NCBI GenBank assembly: GCA_963666345.1
Contig: OY762721.1
Location: 1,920,001-1,984,000, forward strand
Source: Desulfatiglandales bacterium
GTDB taxonomy: Bacteria > Desulfobacterota > DSM-4660 > Desulfatiglandales > Desulfatiglandaceae
Direction of reading: 5' to 3'
Length of the DNA: 64,000 nt
The position numbers and the translations under genes are program-made. The notes under the pieces are model-generated. The model saw only the letters and a list, made by a program, of their open reading frames with translations, was not told the DNA's origin and made no database searches. This document shows, in pieces, positions 60,024 through 64,000 of the stretch. The first letter of the stretch is position 1; the number at the start of each line of letters is the position of its first letter.

Positions 60024-62846
60024 TCAATCTAATGCCGCGATTATTACCCCCGCCGAGGCGGCAATCTGATACAGGGTCTGGGTTATATCCTTTGTAATCC
60101 TGAGCCATGGATACCTTTCAAGCTTCTTGGGCACTATTATGGTATCTCCCGGATGTACCGTCACTGAGTCAAACCCACCCATGGTCCACCGCTGGTTGCC
60201 GGTATCCCAGCTTGCAAGGCCCAGAAAGCCTTCCTGGGATTTACTCATTACAGACCCGTTTGCCTTTACAAGATATACCTGATCGTCATCCGCGTCCCTG
60301 GTTGGTCCTCCTACCTGTGCCAGGTAATGCGCTACATTTTCATCCCTTACGGCAAGGAGGGCCGTCGGGTTAAACACCTCGCCGATCACATTAACCAGAA
60401 CCGATTTTTTCGGCACAAAGAGCCTGTCTCCGGCCCTGAGCTTAAGGTTATGCTCGGAAGAGGAAATCGCCATTGCTTCCTGGAGGTCTATGACCATCCT
60501 CCCGGTGGGCCTTGAGCCTTTAAGTTTTTCCAGAAGCATTTTCTTTGATTCAACAACCTGCTGATAAATTGCCGCCTCATCCTTATCCACAGCCGCCTCA
60601 GATGCCCTGGCGGTCATCGTGAGGAGATCCTCCTCCAGCTTGCTGACATAATCCATCAGCCTTTCTTCCTGGATCTCCTGGGCGGATTTTCTGTAAAATT
60701 TCGCCCCGAACGGGTAGGCGTCCTCTGTCAGGCCTCCCGCCTTTTCAATAATACTGCTCAGCCTGTTCCCTTCAACAAAGGTGTATTCACCTGGAAACAG
60801 GACCGCCCCTTCCAGGACTATCTTTCTTCCAAGAGCCTCGCCATATTTCGGCATCTCCCTGATAATTACGGTATCATCCTTTTCAAGAACCATGTTATCA
60901 GGAGACAGGCCCATTAGTGCCTTTTTTGGTGAAAAATCAAGCTTTATCGTATCAGCGCCCTCAGGCCCGGGAATTATCCTGGTTAGGGTGGCCTTTTCAT
61001 CAAATGCCCTGTTTTGAAGGTTATCGGCCTGAAATATAAGATCTTTTGTAGTCATTCCCTTAAAAAGCCTGTATGTCCCGGGGCTGCGCACGGCTCCGTT
61101 TATGTGGACCTCCGGGAAGGCCTCCTTTTCCCATGCCGGATACACCTTTACCCTGTCAAGGTCCTGGAGCAGCATGTCCTGTGATGGATCACCCGCAAGC
61201 AGTCCGCCCAGATCAAATGGTATTATCTCCTTGTGAAGATCAGGTTTTGCAGAGCGGATTATTTCAGCGTGCCTCATAAATGCCTCAGGCAGAAGATCAT
61301 CATAGGAACTTATAAGGGAACTCAACCTGATGTCGGCCTTTAATTCGTATTCCCTCGGATATTTGACATGACCTTCCAGATAAACCACCTGTCTTATCCC
61401 TTCATGCACCGGGTATATCTTTATTACATCCCCATCCTTGAGGCACATATTAAGATCGGCGCTTTCATTTGCAGGATCCAGATTAAAACTCTTGACAACC
61501 CTCCTCCTGTGGCCCTCTATCCTTTCTATTACCACATTTTGAAGCTGCCCCGAGTGAAGGACCCCGCCTGCGAGATCAATGAGTTCCTTTATGGTCTGAC
61601 TCCCCTTCATCTCATAGATGGCGGGTCGCCTGACCGCCCCGGCGACCCCTGCCACAGGCCCTAAAACAGGGATAAGTATGGTATCTCCGGCACGTAAGCG
61701 CACGTCATCTTTTGTTTTTCCATGAACAAAAAAATCATAAAGATCAAGCGTGCTTTTGAGTTCACCGTTTCTCATTACCCTTATGTTTCTCAGGCTCCCG
61801 CTTTTAGAGGGCCCGCCCGCACCTGACAGGGCCGAGATGACGGTTGAAAGAGAACTTATGGAATATGTCCCCGGGTACCTGGCCTCACCCACCAGGAAAA
61901 CATCTATGGTACGCAGCCGCCCCATTGTTATGCCAAGCTTGAAGTCAGGGTAATAGTCTCTGAATTTCCGGTATAAAAATCCCTTTAATTCATCAAAACT
62001 CAGACCGCTTACATTCAGGTTCCCGAGTCTGGGAAGAAAAATAGCCCCCTCCCTTGACACAACTGCGTCGTAGGACAATTCAGCCTTTCCCCACACATGT
62101 ATCGTGAATTCATCACCGGGACCTATCCTGTAATCGCCCCCTACAGGGACGTCTGTTACAGGGGTAAATGTCGAAACAGCCTTATCAAAAAATTTGTATC
62201 CATATTGGCTCAGTTGTCGTGATATATCGGTAGGGAAATCGCCTGAAAGTATCTTTTCAATAGTCGAGGGCGGCTCTTCCTGAACAAAGACCTCCTCTTT
62301 TATCTCAGGGCGCTCTTTCTCTTCAGCCAGTATGATATTCCTGTCAGCATTGCTCATTCTGCTCAGAAACCGACCCCTTTCCTCCTCCTCAATTACTTTA
62401 TATAAAGCTATCTTCTCCTCATTGGATACAAGATTACTGAAAAGGTCATGCCTCTCCTCTATGTCCAAAATTGGAAATACTATAAGCTTTTCTTCAAGAT
62501 CCAGGCCAAGGAAAAATTTCTTTCTTTCTTCCATTGAGAGGCCTTTTAAAAGACCCATTTTTTCGGCATTATTCAATTTTGAGAAAAATGTCTTCTGTTC
62601 AGATTCTGAAAGCCTGTTGAAAAAATATTTTATCCGGCTTGTTTCCAGACTTTCTGTTTTCAGGCCTTCAGCCTCGCTGTCTTTGACCTGACCTGCAAGG
62701 TTGTCCTGCGCTGCTTTGCGGGGAAAAGGCGGACTGTCTTGCGAGAACGCAAGGCCAAGTGACAGAAAGATGATTGCTGTTACAAAAAAACATGCCGCAA
62801 CTGACAGTTTAAAACCAGCTTGTTTGTTCACGAGACAGTGCCTCAT
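60024..62846 (-). CDS. Polysaccharide export protein with multiple SLBB domains
   Basis: DYRIGPGDE poly_export domain, repeated G.V..PG.Y SLBB units, C-terminal amphipathic helix. Confidence 0.92.
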   Translation of the reverse strand: MRHCLVNKQAGFKLSVAACFFVTAIIFLSLGLAFSQDSPPFPRKAAQDNLAGQVKDSEAEGLKTESLETSRIKYFFNRLSESEQKTFFSKLNNAEKMGLLKGLSMEERKKFFLGLDLEEKLIVFPILDIEERHDLFSNLVSNEEKIALYKVIEEEERGRFLSRMSNADRNIILAEEKERPEIKEEVFVQEEPPSTIEKILSGDFPTDISRQLSQYGYKFFDKAVSTFTPVTDVPVGGDYRIGPGDEFTIHVWGKAELSYDAVVSREGAIFLPRLGNLNVSGLSFDELKGFLYRKFRDYYPDFKLGITMGRLRTIDVFLVGEARYPGTYSISSLSTVISALSGAGGPSKSGSLRNIRVMRNGELKSTLDLYDFFVHGKTKDDVRLRAGDTILIPVLGPVAGVAGAVRRPAIYEMKGSQTIKELIDLAGGVLHSGQLQNVVIERIEGHRRRVVKSFNLDPANESADLNMCLKDGDVIKIYPVHEGIRQVVYLEGHVKYPREYELKADIRLSSLISSYDDLLPEAFMRHAEIIRSAKPDLHKEIIPFDLGGLLAGDPSQDMLLQDLDRVKVYPAWEKEAFPEVHINGAVRSPGTYRLFKGMTTKDLIFQADNLQNRAFDEKATLTRIIPGPEGADTIKLDFSPKKALMGLSPDNMVLEKDDTVIIREMPKYGEALGRKIVLEGAVLFPGEYTFVEGNRLSSIIEKAGGLTEDAYPFGAKFYRKSAQEIQEERLMDYVSKLEEDLLTMTARASEAAVDKDEAAIYQQVVESKKMLLEKLKGSRPTGRMVIDLQEAMAISSSEHNLKLRAGDRLFVPKKSVLVNVIGEVFNPTALLAVRDENVAHYLAQVGGPTRDADDDQVYLVKANGSVMSKSQEGFLGLASWDTGNQRWTMGGFDSVTVHPGDTIIVPKKLERYPWLRITKDITQTLYQIAASAGVIIAALD

Positions 62847-63113
62847 ATTTTGGGTTTATGTTCTGGAAATCACTTGTAAGGGCGCATTTGACCTTGAAAT
62901 CGTATATTATAATTGCCCTTTAAAGTCAACAAAACGGGCGTGGTAAGGAAGGCTAGCCGGGGTTCGCAATGTTTGGAATCTGAAGGATCTTATTCCCGGG
63001 GAAATAATAAGGTAGGAAGATACACCTATCCGGATTGGAAGGGTAACCCTTAGGTGCATTGACGGGCATTAAAAATACCCCCTCAGGATATTCATGAAAT
63101 AAAAGTTTCTTTC

Positions 63114-63407
63114 CTAACTACCACCGTGGCTAGAAGGAGTGCTTCCATGATGAGAAGGCGTAGCGTTATCGTCGTCACTCGAGACCGAGGCCGCGACTAC
63201 CCCAACTGCTACAGCCGCTGCCACGCCCACGGTAACTCCACTCACCGTAGCAGCACCACCGGCGCCTGCCGCGCCGCCTGATGCCGTTCCTCCTGCAACT
63301 CCGCCACCTGCCGCGGCAAAAGCGGAGGATAAGGGAAGAATCAGGAACAACACAGCCACAGCACAAACAACCAATCTTTTTACAATACCGAAACCCTTGA
63401 TGCTCAT
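63114..63407 (-). CDS. Small Gly/Ala-rich exported protein (YjbE/GfcA-like by context)
   Basis: Signal peptide, low complexity, second hydrophobic stretch, next to a yjbH-like gene. Confidence 0.65.
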   Translation of the reverse strand: MSIKGFGIVKRLVVCAVAVLFLILPLSSAFAAAGGGVAGGTASGGAAGAGGAATVSGVTVGVAAAVAVGVVAASVSSDDDNATPSHHGSTPSSHGGS

Positions 63408-63494
63408 TTTAAAGTCCCTCTTTTTGTTGATTTACGGCGCATACCACCAAGATTTATATATTTCACACAAACAATTTGGAAATGCAAGCATTTT

Positions 63495-64000
63495 TTATTT
63501 TTTCATGTCATTCAGATCTTCCCTGAAAACAGCCGGCATAAGATCAGAGGCAAGGCCGTAGATATTACTCCAATGCACGGGAAGAGCGGCAACATCTCTT
63601 GTCCAGGGAGATACGGCATAGGTATACCTTGAACCGGAATCGGTTTTCAAAAACATCCTCATGGGCAGACTCAAAAAGACACCCTTGTCATTATAATCCC
63701 TGTTAAACGAACTCAAATGATCCGTGTCCGTTAGGCTGTACCACGCGCCCAGTATGGCACCTGTTGAGTACTCCCTGCTTGCGGTAAAGAGAAACCCCTT
63801 GTCTCCGGCAAGGAACCTCCCATACTGTCCCTGCAGGGTGACATCAAACGGCGCAACCCTGTAGTAGGCATTTCCTATGATGGTATGATTTTCCTGATCG
63901 AGCAGACTCAACTGAGAACCCGGCTCACGTTTTCTGACCCAGTCGGACTCGACACCCAGGGCAAGGTTGCCCCGGTTGAAAAATTTGAGAACCTCTCCAC
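63495..64000 (-). CDS. YjbH/GfcD-like outer-membrane exopolysaccharide protein (3' part)
   Basis: Frame open to the window edge; GEVL...ALGVESDWVRKR, GRFLAGDKG, DKGVFLSLP, PWTRD. Confidence 0.85.
   Translation of the reverse strand, partial: GEVLKFFNRGNLALGVESDWVRKREPGSQLSLLDQENHTIIGNAYYRVAPFDVTLQGQYGRFLAGDKGFLFTASREYSTGAILGAWYSLTDTDHLSSFNRDYNDKGVFLSLPMRMFLKTDSGSRYTYAVSPWTRDVAALPVHWSNIYGLASDLMPAVFREDLNDMKK

Overview
A 64 kb window from a sulfate-reducing bacterium, probably Desulfobacterota. The first ~6.8 kb holds the dissimilatory sulfite reductase locus: dsrAB-dsrD-TPR-YkgJ on the minus strand, divergent from dsrN-dsrC. The rest is one long, mostly minus-strand surface-polysaccharide locus: yjbH-like, SLBB exporter, ugd, uxs, EPS-type MarR, wbpB-wbpD-like fusion, cysC, wzz, galE, NDP-sugar dehydrogenase, wbpP, wzx, wzy, glycosyl-/methyl-/amido-transferases, wecB, heparinase-like, and pglC/E/F-like genes. 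This locus is heavily interrupted: eight type II toxin-antitoxin modules, a GxxExxY gene, a RAYT-type HUH transposase with its own palindromes, an intact IS21 with a 7-bp target duplication, and IS3, IS481 and gene remnants. The most unusual signal is ~14 co-oriented copies of a ~75-110 bp non-coding element between 40.5 and 51.5 kb. It carries a hairpin with a covarying stem and a conserved loop, and it separates small gene units like a cassette array, with no integrase in view. Short 7-9 bp periodic repeats mark gene junctions and also sit in frame inside enzymes. All calls were made by eye; no database searches were run.
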